From: Vicugna vicugna
Taxonomy: Eukaryota
Direction of reading: 5' to 3'
NCBI GenBank assembly: GCA_013265495.1
Contig: MU058463.1
Span: 1-64,000, forward strand
DNA: 64,000 nucleotides
The notes under the pieces were generated by a model. That model saw nothing but the letters and a program-made list of their open reading frames with translations. It ran no database searches and was not told the origin of the DNA. The position numbers were made by a program, and so were the translations under genes. Below, piece after piece: positions 14,033 to 27,225 of the stretch; the first letter of the stretch is position 1, and each line of letters starts with the position of its first letter.

Positions 14033-14460
14033 TGTTAAAATTTTTTCTGACTCTTGTTAACATGGTAAGGGGTATTTTATTAAGGAGTATTAAGACAGGT
14101 TTCAAGACTATCTCAAAGGGAGAGGGATCGGGTTCATCTCTGATTGCAACAAGAACAAGTGGGATTTATAGCCAAGGAGCATGTTGGGGTGCGTGGGCAG
14201 GGCTGGTGAATGGAAGTTACTAACAGGAGACATCAAAGATAAGGAAAACCCTTGCTAGACTGACCAAACAGGACTCTTGCTGAGGGCAGATGAGGGTGAT
14301 TAGATATCAAGGGTGGGTGATGAGGAATTTGATTACTGACATGATCATATGTAAAGGGTAAGAAGATTCTTTCTAAACTGACTTAGCAGGACTCTTGCTA
14401 AAACTGGATTCTGCAAGGTTGGGCATTGAAGCCCAATGTCAAGCACTAGCTGGAAATAGA
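14033..14460 (-). mobile_element. MER31-like ERV1 solo LTR
   Basis: Internal repeats 'ctaaactgacttagcaggactcttgctaaaactggatt' and 'gatttatagccaaggagc' match the MER31 reverse complement. Confidence 0.8.
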
Positions 14461-15579
14461 CCCTGAATAAAATCAACAACCATTCTTATCAAATTTGAAG
14501 GAAAACTTATTAAACCTATTAACATTAAGAAAACATAAAGTGAAATGGTAAAACGTCTTATATTTAAAGTTAAAATTGTGTCAGCGATGTTTCCTAATAT
14601 TTTATATTGGATATTCTATTTACACACCAGTTGAATAAGTGGAGGTGCAGCAAATAAGAAATAGAAGATTTGACATGGAAATAAGAAGTCTTTTGTAATT
14701 CACAAAGGAGATAATTACCTGAAAAGAAAAAAGTAAAAATTTTTAAACTACAAATTACCTAATAAGATTGTTTATCAAGATCCCAAATACAGATTAAGGT
14801 ACTACAAACTTGAAAGTAATGTTGTCTGCTTTCATAACATTATTGTTTAAGATAACCCAAATAAGCTGCATAGCAACTGATATATTTTAAAAATAGTTCT
14901 TTTCTTAAATATAAAGATGAAATTTAAAAGAAATAGAAAAATTCTAACTGTACTCATTCTTTCTAATATATATATTTCCTCTAAAATAATTGAAAATAAA
15001 TGTTTATAAGAATTACTCTCTTTTAATGCTTGAGAAATAATTTTGTTTTATAAAATGTCTATCAGTGAATTTATAATCAGAAAAATTGTTCCCATTTAAA
15101 TTGTAGTGAATATGAAAGCTGATTAAAATTAAATTCTATACCAATACACTGTTGATATCATCTTTAACAAAGCCATTAAAAATGATCAGAACCACTATTC
15201 CCTTAACGTACATTCCAAACACAAGTCCCCAAATTTAAATAAATTGAGCTCAGTTTGCCTAATGTGCCCTAAGTGTGATACAAGTCATTAACAGGTTGAG
15301 ATCAAACATCAAATTAGGGGCTTGACAGAAAATCTCTGCTGGCAAGAACAAAATTTAGAAGCTTAAACATGCATGGAATAGAAGAGATAAGACTTTTTCC
15401 CTGCAGATACATCTTTCAGGATGAATAAAAATATTTGAATAATCTCTTAGAAATATATTGCTATAGCTTTAAGCAAGTAGTCCCAAGCTGCCTGCATTTC
15501 GTTATGCCAAAAGTGTGCCAGTAAGAATAAATTATTATTTTAAAATGACAAATACAGAAAGTATGAACTCTTGCCAGTC

Positions 15580-15690
15580 GGTGTGTGTATATGAATGCCT
15601 ATCCACATACATGTACATTTATATAAATATATGTATATGTATATATATATTCACACATCGTTGTGTGTCTGTGTGTATATATAAATGTGT
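15580..15690. repeat. Degenerate (TA/TG)n low-complexity tract
   Basis: Seen directly. Confidence 0.8.
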
Positions 15691-16960
15691 AAGCAAAATT
15701 TATGTTGAAGAACTTAATGTATGCATACATTGAGTATTTCTATATTCCCTTCCCAAAGGTTAGAGTTCATCACAGAAAACTCTTACCATTTTAGGAAAAT
15801 GATACATACATTGTTAAAAATTCAACAATCTTTTACCAGTTACAGTAAGAATAAGCCTGATGCCACTCTGCTTAAAATAGCTGAATTTGGTATATGATTG
15901 ACCTCTGCTAAGACATACATGCCTGTTTTGGCAAATGATGTAATCAACATTAAGTGTTCAAAAAAAGAAATAAAGAAAAAGAATTCAAGACTAGCTTGAG
16001 AGAAGAGAAATATATCACACTGGATGACTGGCAGATCAAAGACAAAAAGTGAACAAGGAATAGCCATGCACAATGCTTTGATTTTTTAATAGTCCCTTCT
16101 TGAATGTTTAACTTCTCTGTAGACAGGAAACCAAACTCCTATGAGATCTGAACTTCTAAGAATTGAGCACCTGAGTAGATACTACATAGCATTACAAGAT
16201 GCAGGGAATTTTGTCGAGTGCTAAAGCAAATCAGTCTATACCAATGGATACTTAATAGCCATGCTTTTATATATATTTGTAAGAACCTAGAATGATCAGG
16301 CACTGAGCTAGGCAGTAGAGATATGAGAGTAAGAAGTCAAAATGAGGTCCAGAATCTGATTAAGCTTTTGTAAAGGCAAAATAAAGAAGTCATAAAAGGA
16401 TAAAGCCCTGAGCATATTTGAGGACTAGAAAGGCCACTGTGACTAGAGTCTGGTCAACTGACCCTTCAGCTGATTTGTGTGACTTCAGCATGAATGCGTT
16501 TAAATTTCATCGAGCAAACTTTCCTTTCTGTAGTAAGGAAGGTGAGCAGCTGGCATTAGATAAAAATAATAATATTTAAAATTTTAGCACAGACATGATC
16601 ATGTAATATAAACAGAAATACCAAAAATGAGTGGCTTACATGATTTGACTCTTTTCTCAACTGTTTTATATATTTCAACTCAATATAGAACATGCCATCA
16701 TATTCCAGTACTATGTGCAAGGATGAAGAATACACATCAATTTATTTTATGTAAGATTTTGTTTGTAAGAACACTGAGACTTATATGAAAAGATGTCCAG
16801 CAAATTTATGAGTTACAATAGCAAAATATAATTGGGAGAATGGAAGAGGGAATTAGGCTCTTTTGTACAATTTCTTTATTTTCTGTCTTGTTAAGTGAAC
16901 AGTAATTAGAGATTGACAATTTTAAAAAATCTATGTGTTTCAACTCACAATTGCATGTAC

Positions 16961-17279
16961 TTCTATGGATTGAATAACTGTTTACCCCCCAAAATAAATA
17001 TTTTAAAGCCCTAATATCCAGTGTGGTGGTGTTTGGAGGTGGGACCCTTAGAAGGTAGTTAGATTTGGATGAGGTCATGTGGGTGGACTTCCATGATGTG
17101 ATCAGTACCCACATAAGGGAATGAAGAGACCAGAGTCCTCTCTGGGCCACGTGATGATACAATGAGACCATCCTCTCTACAAGCCAGGAAGCAGGCCCCA
17201 CCAGAACTCAACCACGCTGGTACTCCGATCTCAGACTTCCTGCTAGTCTCTGGTATTTTGTTACAAGCCAACTAAGACA
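16961..17279 (+). mobile_element. MLT1A-like MaLR solo LTR
   Basis: 'ctatggattgaat...ttagatttggatgaggtcatg...caagccaggaag...actaagaca'; 5-bp TSD TGTAC at 16956-16960 and 17280-17284. Confidence 0.9.
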
Positions 17280-17739
17280 TGTACCAAAAATAGAATTTAA
17301 AACATATGCTCCTGGTTGTGTGATATGGATAGAGGGAAATGAGTTATAAAAAGGAACAGAGATTTCATGTGTCATTTAAATTATCTGCATTTCTACTTTT
17401 AATTGGAGTCAAAGTAGTAGAAGAATACCTTTAAAGAATACTAAACTAATATATTTATTGCAAACAAATATATTGCAAAAATTATGGCTCCAAAGGTTTT
17501 GGAAATTGCATTATCATTGAATTTATTTGGCATTTTATTTCAATATCTAAGAGGTGTCTATTGAGTGTGAATTTTAAACAGCAGATCCATGTGAATATGC
17601 CATTTTAATATACCAATTTAATACTACCTGCCACTTTGTTACTCTGCTGTTTATAGTAAAATTAAAATTTGTCTTTTAAACCAGGACATCATCCTTTAGT
17701 CCTTTCTCATTAAAATCCCATAATAACATCCATCTTCTT

Positions 17740-18330
17740 GCTCTCCTTCCTTAACCTGTCCTTCTCTAAGACAGTTTCCACACTGTGGTAAGTGATCATT
17801 TTTAAATAGTCTTCTGATCAAAATGCTTCCCCGCATAGAACTCTCAAATAGATTACCATTTTGTAAGGTAAAAATCCATTCTCCTTTGAGCAGATAATAA
17901 AGCCAGAGACAAAAGCTTACCTATTTATCTTTTGTCTTTTCTACTTAACTTCTGGAAATGTATAGCTATAAATTTTATATATATATATATATATATATAA
18001 ACACATATTTATGTACATACACATACTATGAATGTACATATGTATATACACCATCCCTGCCTTCAGCTATGTGAAATAATTCCATAGCCCCCTACTATCG
18101 CTTACAAATTTATTAAATATTTTTTCTTTTCACAGGTTTTTCTGAATTTTTACAATCTTCCTATACACTCCAGTTTGACTGATGTATTGCTTAACTATTG
18201 CTCCCAGGTAAAATTTATTTCACTTGCCCCTTTGGACAACTGTAAAATGTCACTTGTAAGATATTACTATAATTATTGATTTGATTGTAATTCCAACAGA
18301 CTATGAAATTCTGAAAGGAAATATTCTTAG
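17740..18330 (+). mobile_element. L2 3' fragments with an embedded (TA)n
   Basis: 'tctgatca...aactctcaaatagattaccatt...aaaatcca' and 'agactatgaaattctgaaagg'. Confidence 0.5.
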
Positions 18331-19481
18331 CCATGTTTGAAGTATTTTAACTTCACTTCACTGATTTTAACAGTGAGCTTAATAAGTATAGGTAGATTTC
18401 AGGTTTCAAGTATTAATTAAAGACATAATATTTAAAAGACCTAAACCAAGGAAAATATCTCTTTTTATTTAAATCAAGTAAAAATAAAATAACTCAAGTA
18501 AATCATTTTTAAATGTAAATTAATACTATAGGACTCTTTTTTAAAAATTGTAATCATTGATACTAAGTATTTCCTAAATACTGAATGAAGAAATACACAA
18601 ATGTAACAGAAGACAATTTGTGCATATATGAGATGTTCTTCAAATTTCTACCAAAATTAAATCAAGTTTCATATTAAGTGGCTTGATTACTAATCCATCT
18701 TTCACTTTTGTATTGAAAAAAAATGATACTCTTTCCTAAAGCACTACATTGCTATGTGTTTGATTGATTAAATTTTCCATTCAATTAAATGAAAGCTAAG
18801 TAATTATCAATAGTCTTTTTTGATGGTATGATGCAAGTAATATCTTACACGTCTAGCCAGACATGAATGATTTCTAGTAAATTGAAATTTATTACCAAAT
18901 TTGTATGTAAGGGAATTGGTTATTCTATAGAATGGAATATAATTATGCTGTGAGTGGTTTGGGTAAATTTTAGAAATGTTCTAATAATATTTTAGAATAC
19001 AAAAATATGATTATATTAAATACATAAATATAAATGTAACAGATTCTAAGAAAGTGATATTCATAATATTTAGATAGGAACATATAAACTGGCAAAGGAA
19101 AAATTATCATTTGATGTAATATAATAGCAATTTGTACAATTTTAAATAGTGAACCTTAAATAAACTAAGTGGTTGCAACCTAATGGCTGACTTGATGTAG
19201 ACTTGAAGTCTGGATGTGAGTTAAATTAATAACACAATCACTAGGTGATTAATAAAGTAACTAAACTTTCAGAATGATTGCCATTAAGTTAGTGACCTGA
19301 ATCTTAGTTCCTTGCCTTGTAATAACTGGTTAGGAACTAAAAATTAATTAAAAGTGAAAATAAATATTTTACTTCACAAAATCTGAGATTTGAAAATATG
19401 ATTTTGTTAGAATTCAGACTAATATGATTAGCTGAATGGCTCTTAGGCCACTCAGGTAATCCATGGAAACAGCACTGTGTT

Positions 19482-19707
19482 TTTTTTGTTTTTGTTTTTT
19501 AACATTTTAACTCTTCTCATTTTTAAAATTGAGAAATATAAAATAATACAGAAATGTGAATAAAACATTTATATATTTTTAACAAAGGATCATAAGTGAA
19601 TACCTTTGTAACTCACAAAAGATAAAAAACAACACTACCAAATCAGCCCCATCCCCTTGCCCTGTGATCCATTCTACTCCCTCTCCCCTAGTTACCATCA
19701 TTGATGG
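19482..19707 (-). mobile_element. Short LINE 3'-end insertion (L1ME/HAL1-like)
   Basis: T-rich tail at left; perfect 12-bp TSD CAGCACTGTGTT at 19470-19481 and 19708-19719. Confidence 0.7.
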
Positions 19708-20399
19708 CAGCACTGTGTTAAGCAGATGATTTTTTGTTTGCTTTTTTTTTTTTCAACCTCCTCCACCTCCCAACGCGCATCAGAGAGTTGACATTTGAAA
19801 GTAAGAGAAAGAAAGCAGCTTTATGATATAGGGCTTTTGGGAAATGGGGCAGAGTCCTCCAGGCAACACTGATTAAAAACATTCTTTTTACCTCTAACTC
19901 CATGGAGGCCTATGAAATACTTTACTCCACAGCTACAACTTGGTCTTCATAAGCAAAGGGCATTTGATTTTTCTCCTTCTAAGAAAACCAATACAGGCTT
20001 GCATCTAAGAAGTTCTGCTTTTTCCTGATATTTTTTGAGCTGATTGAAATGTGCAACAATAACTGCATAAGTACAGTGCCTGCGTTAGAGAGAGTGGAGG
20101 ATGATTTGCTTTGTACTCTAAAGATTGGACTTTAATAATTTCCATTAGAGGAGACAACATCTTGCTGTACTTAGCATATGCGTCATGTTATTCCAAAGGA
20201 TAATGAAATTGGCTTAAAGTAAATGAAGCCTAAAGCCAGAAAACAAAGCAGAAAATATTATACAAACAAAATAACAATGGAAAATGAGAGTTGGTGTCCA
20301 GGGACAAATAAAAAATTCCCCCCAAAAAGTAGTAATTAAAAGCTTATTAATACTGATCTTTTTATAAGAGTCAATCTGTTCTGGGAGGGCAACCAGAAA

Positions 20400-20920
20400 T
20401 ATCTTACAGGATGAAAAAGCATTTGAATTAGTCTTTGAATTAAGTCTAGAGTATCAAATGTTAGATATGAAGGGGCAAATAAAAATCAGAAAAGGAACAC
20501 AGAGAATTACAGATATTTCTATAAAAGGAGCTTAGAGTCAGGACGGCCTTGCATTCTATATATACATTCACCTAAATTCAACAAATGAACAGGAGTTAGT
20601 GACAGTACAGTGCAACTGATTTTCATGATCAGAACTCAAGTAAAGAAAATGTATTTGAATAATAGCTTGAAGAAGCTGTGACTGGTAGGTAAAAGATAGT
20701 GCAGACAGTGCAAGGTCTTTCAGGTAAGACCTGGTTAAGAATTGAACGAGGGCAGTGGAAAAGGAAACAAAGAAAAGACACGGGTAAGAAACGAAGAGGA
20801 GGCCAGAATTCATAGTATTTGGCTACCTATTGAATGTGGGCAAGAGACGGGGATTTGCATATGAAGAAGGGATAAAGATGACTGAATTTTGAGTCATGTT
20901 GGTTTGAGGTGAAGGGAGAT
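20400..20920 (-). mobile_element. L2 fragments
   Basis: Purine-rich decayed L2 antisense ('ttgaatgtgggc', 'gagtcatgttggtttgaggt'). Confidence 0.5.
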
Positions 20921-22337
20921 GGATTTAGGAAACATTGGCCCTTATTTGTGGTTTTATGCTCAACATATACTAGAATATACCTTTAAATTAGTATAGTATA
21001 AAGTAACGTCTGGTTGCAAAATAGTATAGCGCTGAAGGTTTCAGTAGTACTATAGCTGTTTTTATTTAGTTACTTTTATTATTTTGCTTGATTTTAGTTG
21101 TAAACTCTATACATAATAAATAATATGTAATATTTGGAATTGACATATTAATATCCCCAACTCCTTCCTGAATGCTATCCCTAAGAGTAAAATGAAAATT
21201 AACTAAGAAGTGCTGATATAACAGCTCTCCTGAGAAAATGAATAAAATAACATTATTGTCTGGAGTGCATTTGATAAGTAAACAAAGCTGGATATTTTGG
21301 TTTCAAGATTCTAGCAGATTAATATCTGGCCCGTGGAAAGTACACAATAAATTTTTAACTCTTATCTAGCCTATGAGACAAAATGTGGTTTTGCAGATAA
21401 TCAAATCTGTCTTAATTTATGTAAAATTCACTTTCCAAAACATTGCAATCAACTTTCTATTCAATGCCTATAAATATGTAATTTTTTAAAATATCATTTC
21501 ATTTTACTAGTACAGCATGGCTTCAATTAATAACCACCAGTATTGAATATAGCAAATAACATTTATCTTTTATAACAAGTAGGCTGTTTTTCAGAGCAAC
21601 AATTTTGTTGATTTGGGTGTTCTGTCAATATTCTGAATTGTGCAACTACTATCAGAATTAATACTCTCATTCTATAAATGTAAATAATATGAAAAAGGGA
21701 ATTTATTTCACAATGATACTAGTTTTTTTTTTTTTGTTCTCTCTCATTTGAAACAATAAAATTCTTGGATCTTTTAGAGAAATAGCCCAGGAAATTATCT
21801 AGACCATTTATCTCAAATATGGAAATGCAAACCAGTAACACTTTTTAGTTGGTGAATTATATAATGAATTGTTAAAACAATAAAAGCAGTGTGATTATTC
21901 CACAGAAACATATTAGTAAACAAATCTAAAACACATTCCTGAATCTTATTATATTTGTTGTACACTGTATATGAGGCACAAAGTAGAAAACCATATCAAG
22001 GCAAATAAAAATTTTATATGTTGGGTAGTTACTGTGTGTTAAACTAATATTAAGTGTTAAATAAAATGTAAGAAGTTACAGTGAAAACAAATCCAAAAGA
22101 CATAGATCTGCCTTCCTTAGTGAGAAAGCATGGACCCTAACATGTAGATGATTATCTGTGTAAAACTATAACATATCTATAAATTATAAATCTATTATTT
22201 GACAAGCTAATAAGCTCTAAGATATAAGTGTAAACAATATATAATGGAAAGATGGAAAAGCTAAAGACTGATTTTAAGTGAGGGCTTTATTTAAAAAGCA
22301 TTTTGAGAAAGGTAAGTTTTGAGCTGTTTTGAAAAAT

Positions 22338-22443
22338 ATGTATGTATATATATGTGTGTATATTTGTGTGTATGTGTGTATGTGTGTATATATGTGTGTG
22401 TGTGTGTGTATACACATATATATATATATATGTATATGTATAT
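22338..22443. repeat. Compound (TA)n/(TG)n microsatellite
   Basis: Seen directly. Confidence 0.9.
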
Positions 22444-22599
22444 AAAAGGTATTTTGTGTGCAGGAACCAGGTGGGTTCAAAAGGGTTTAGGAACTGATTG
22501 TGTCTAGAACAGTTTGTGTTTTCAAAACTGAGATCTTGAAAATCACTTGGCTCTGAATCAGATCTACTAAGTAATAATCTCCAGCATTAGGTAGAAGGG

Positions 22600-25500
22600 G
22601 ATAGATAGTTGATAAGTGGATTGATTGACTTTGGACAACTGGGAACATGTTATTTTCTTTAATGTCATGAGTAAACTAGAAAGTGCTGGGTAAGAAAATT
22701 GTAATAGGGGAGTTTTATTTCAAAAAGACAACTCTGATTGAAATTTGTACAATTTCGAAGACAAACAGGATACAACTGACCAATTATAAGGCTGTTATAA
22801 TTGCACAATTGAGTGATAGTGAATAATTGACTTTTCACAATGCAATTGGTTACTGAAATAATGAATTAAATAAGGAAATGACAAATATTTTGGTGTTAAA
22901 ATAGCAGGGCATAGTAGTCAATTAGTTCAGGAGAAAGATAAAAATTTTAAATATGATTCCAAGGTAAAATGTTAAGTCCATTCTGTTCGGAAAGGCAGTC
23001 TCATGAGTGTAGTCTTTCTGCCTCCACTTTGGCACATAAGAATGGACGTTGAACCTGGAACACATCCTTACCAAGAGATAAAGAACACAAACAGCCTGGA
23101 CATTGCCTTGGGTGGGAACATCTTTCCCTTTCCCAGGAATAACGAGTGTTCTTTTGTCTTTGCTTAAAGTATGTGCATTATATGGCACCTGACCAACCTC
23201 ACTGCTGGTTCCTTCCACTATTGCACGTGAAGGTGTTCTAGGCAAATTGTCCTACTCTTGGAATCCAGGAGAGACTTGCTGGCCATGGAGGGTCAACGCT
23301 CACTACTAAAGCTGATCTTGCTGTTTCTCTTCTCTATGTAAGTAAAGTGTTGCTCTGTCCAGAGCTTGACTGCTCTGTGTTTTTTGTTTGTTTGTTTTTG
23401 GCAACTCCAATACCAAGGAAGGGGGCAGAAGTGTTTCCTCCTCTGTGATTGCTAACCAACCGGTGCACAGTACTTTACTCCCTTGGCATTGATAATTGAT
23501 GCATGGTACTCTGCTTGACACATTCTACGACAAAGGCAATGGAATGAAATGTTATATTTGAAGATTGTGGTAATATAATGAGTAATGATCTGAACATGCT
23601 TAGGGCAGAATGCCTGCCCAAATACCATTTGGTCTTCAAAGAGAGTTATCAGAAGCTCAGGGAGAGGACAGGGCTAAGGACAGAGTTTGGGGCAGCTTAG
23701 TTAAAAGATTCAGGATGTGAAGGGGCATGTAAAATAAAAATGATAGTTTCATAAAGAAAAAAATCAGGATTATCTCTTTTTAGTTTATAAATCTGTCTCA
23801 TAGGAACTGTGACCATTAAATGTACATTCTAAGGATGGAAATAGGTAATAAACAATTTTTAAATGAATAATTTAAATAAATAAACAAATAGATGCTATGT
23901 AGGAAGTGAATAGGATGAAAAAATAACTATAGTATTATTAATGGAGGACTTTCTTTAGGGAAGATATTTTAGCTGAAATATGTAGGTTGTAAAGTTCTTG
24001 GGGAACAGCTTTTCCATGTTAAAAAAACAAACAAACAAACAAACAAAAAAAACAGGTCAAGTGCCTAAAGAAAAGAAAGGGCTGAGTGTGTCAGAAGAAG
24101 AGAATGTAGCTCTCCTTTAATGAACAATAGGAAGATCATGACTATATTCACTGTAAAATAAGGAAATTACCAGTTGCCAAAAAGAGAAAAAGCTAAGAAC
24201 CTGACTATTAAGCAGACCTTAAAATTAATGGCTCTCTAGGCATCTGACATTTAGTGAGCTGCCACTATTGTCTTCAGATAATAGAATTATCAGACTTAAG
24301 AATCTAAAATAATACTTATTTTCAAAACCATGTGACATACAACTGTAGCTGTCCTGTAGAGAGTCAATTAGATAAATCTGGCTCTTAAGAACGTGTGTGT
24401 GTGTGTGTATATGTCCAGATGTTTGTTAAAATTCTGGGTTCACAAGTTGCCTTGTTCTCAAAAAGAAAATACAGATACAGCAAGGAGCAGAACAGTTACT
24501 TCAAAATGTCAGAAGCTGGTGAGAAAAGGAGACAAACAATAGGGCAAATTAAGAGCCAATTCAGAAGTAAACTAGAGAAGTATGGCGTCAGAGAAGCCAA
24601 AAGTGTTTTAAGAGAGAAACTTTCAAATAGCTCACCAAAAAGTCCACTCTCATTAATATTTTGAAAAGATCTGTTTTACTTGAGAAGATTGATGAGATAA
24701 TCAGGAGTAGAGTAAATGGAAGATACAACTATAGAAATGGTTTTGGGTTATATTTTCTATAGAAAGAAACAGAAAAATTAGGTGCAAGTGTTTTTAAAGA
24801 TGGGAGATGAGAGGATTTGTGTATATGGATATAAATTGAAATAAGTTGTTTAAAATAGGATACAGATATGATAATTAAGGATTGGTATTGGATTAATCCT
24901 TGAGAAGATGAAATGGCACCAGATTCCCAGAGTACAGAGAGAAAAGACTGTACTTTGATACAAGGGCAGGAGTTATTTATCCATTTAGAGAATTGAGAGA
25001 AAAGGAAAACACGTGCAGTAATTTATAAATTAAAATTTGCAAATTGAATGTAAATTTAAAAACTTAAATTAAATTGGAAATTGGAAAATTGAGGGTGGTT
25101 TCCTCTATTATTTACTATATTTTTCAAACATTTGTGAATTGAAGAGTGATATCGTGTGGGGAAAATAAGATCAACGTGGAGCTATATGATAGTAGATTCT
25201 GGTCTGATGCCCTGATTTGCAAGGGAAGTAATATAGAATTGCTGGGAAACGTCAAATGCACATATGAGGCTTGAAGTCACAATTGTATTGTAAAGTAAAT
25301 TAATCTTGGGTGATTTTTCTCTGGCAATATTGAGCTACTTAGGTGAGCTATTTATTTTATTTTATTTTATTTATGTTTGACTATAGTTGTCTTTTCTCGT
25401 GAAATATAATATTGCTTTTCCCCTCAGATGTACATAATAGAAATAAGAAAGGGATATAAGTGATTATAGGGTACTGTTATTGCCAAATTATATGTTCTAG

Positions 25501-26190
25501 TTTGGTGAAAAGAGAGGCTTGCTGTAGAGTAGACAAATTTTAAGGGTAGTGGTATAAGTGAACTGGAAATTACCCATATGGTTAAAAGTAAATTTCTTAG
25601 AACAAGTGAGGAAGAAAGATAGGAAGTGGTAGGAAAAACTTTTTTTGAGACTTGAGTAAAGAATTTGACCAGATGGATCTGTTGAATGCGTTATCTGAAA
25701 TGGTGGCAACAAACGCCATGATAAAAGACATCACAAAAAAACATGGTAAAAGATGTTAATCAAGGTGGTAAAAACTTCAGTAAGTTTAGGAATATGACTG
25801 AAAAGTCAGTTACTGAAAGCAGGGAGGAACCGTAACAATTAGTATAGACAAATGGTGTCCTTTTAAGGAACTCAAGTTTGCAAACTGAGAAGGAGGTCTA
25901 TTGTTTTGCTGGCAGCAAAGGAGAGGGAGACAGTCTCACTTCTTGGACCTCAGGTATAGAGAGTGGGAAAGAAAAATATACTCTCCTTGAGAAGTTACAG
26001 TTTGTTGATACAGTGTTTTCATGGATATCATGGTTAAAGATAAGACAGAAGTTGAAGGGACATTAGGGAAATAGTTTAAGACATGAGAAATCCTGTTAAT
26101 AGTAACTATGGTGTTTTATAGCCCTGAGGGCTGGGTTAGATTAGGAATTGCACAGTACTATTTGCATGAAAATCTTGGTCATAAGAGGTG
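22600..26190 (-). mobile_element. Extended set of decayed L2 fragments (interrupted by MER70-like LTR)
   Basis: Motifs such as 'agaagctcagggagagg', 'gtcagagaagccaa', 'ttttaaagatgggaga' typical of antisense L2; boundaries approximate. Confidence 0.5.
22984..23520 (+). mobile_element. MER70-like ERVL solo LTR
   Basis: TG...CA ends ('tgttcggaaaggcagtctc'...'ctgcttgaca'), 'ccttaccaagagataaaga'; 5-bp TSD CATTC at 22979-22983 and 23521-23525. Confidence 0.85.
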
Positions 26191-26207
26191 ATATGGGAGG
26201 ACTGGAT

Positions 26208-27225
26208 TTTTTTTGTTTGTTTTTTACATGTACAATGCAGTGTTGTTAACTGTAGGAACAATGTCATAATATACATCAAATATCTAGAATTTCTTTATTT
26301 TGCATGACTGAAACTTTAAGTTGAATATCATCTCCCCATTTCCCCCTCTCCCCAGACTATGGCAACCATCATTCTACTCTCTGTTTCTGCGTTTGACTAT
26401 TTTAGGTACCTCAGGTAAATGAAATCACACAGTTTTTGTCCTTCTGTGACTGGCTTATTTCACTTAGTAAAAAGTGCTCTATGTTAATCAATGTTGTCAT
26501 ATATGGTAGGATTTTCTTCCTTCTTAAGGCTGAATAATGGTTCAGTTGTATGTATAATATTTTCTTTATCCATTCATCTGTTGGAAGTTTAGTATGTTTC
26601 CATATTTTGGCTATTGTGAACAATGTTGCAAAAAATATGAAAGTGCAAATTATTCTTTGGGATTCTGACTTCAGTTTTTTTTTACTGATATCCAGAAGTA
26701 TGATTGCTGGATCATATAGCAGCTCCTTTTTCCATTTTTTAAGGAATTTCCATATTGTTTTCCATAGCGACTGCACCATTTTGTATTCCCGCTGACAGTG
26801 TACAGAGTTCCAGTTTTTCCACATTCTTGCCAGCACTTGTTATCTTTCAGTTTTTGATAAGAGCCACCCTAACAAGTGTGAGTTAATATATAATTATGGT
26901 TTTGATTTTGATTTCCCTGAATGATGTAGAGCATACTTTCATATACTTATTGGTCATTTGTATGTCTTCTTTGGAGAAATGTATATTCATGTCCTTTTCA
27001 CATTTTAAAAATCAGATTAATTGTGTCTTTGCTATTGAGTTGCAGGTGTTCTTTATATATTTTTAATATTAGCCCTTTGTCAGATACATGAGTTGCAAAT
27101 ATTTTCTCTCATTCCATAAGTTGTCTTTTTCTGTATTGTTTCCTTTGCTGCGCAGAAGCTTTTTGCTTTGACATAGTCCCACTTACCTATTTTCGCTTTT
27201 GTTGCCTGTGCTTTTAGTATTATGT
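26208..27225 (-). mobile_element. L1MA-type LINE-1, ORF2 C-terminus and 3' UTR
   Basis: Minus-strand ORF 26411-26836 (LWKTIWKFLKK...YDPAI...DEWIKK) is L1 ORF2 C-terminal sequence; 'ggcaaccatcattctactc', 'tggcttatttcacttag'. Confidence 0.9.

Noticed and set aside
16806..17271. 131-aa and 70-aa minus-strand ORFs
   Set aside because: Antisense frames across an MLT1A LTR with no protein similarity I recognise.
22274..22507. His/Tyr/Thr-rich and Val/Cys-rich ORFs
   Set aside because: Translations of a TA/TG microsatellite.
26411..26836. Longest ORF (141 aa) as a gene
   Set aside because: L1 ORF2 C-terminus and 3' UTR read-through in a decayed element.
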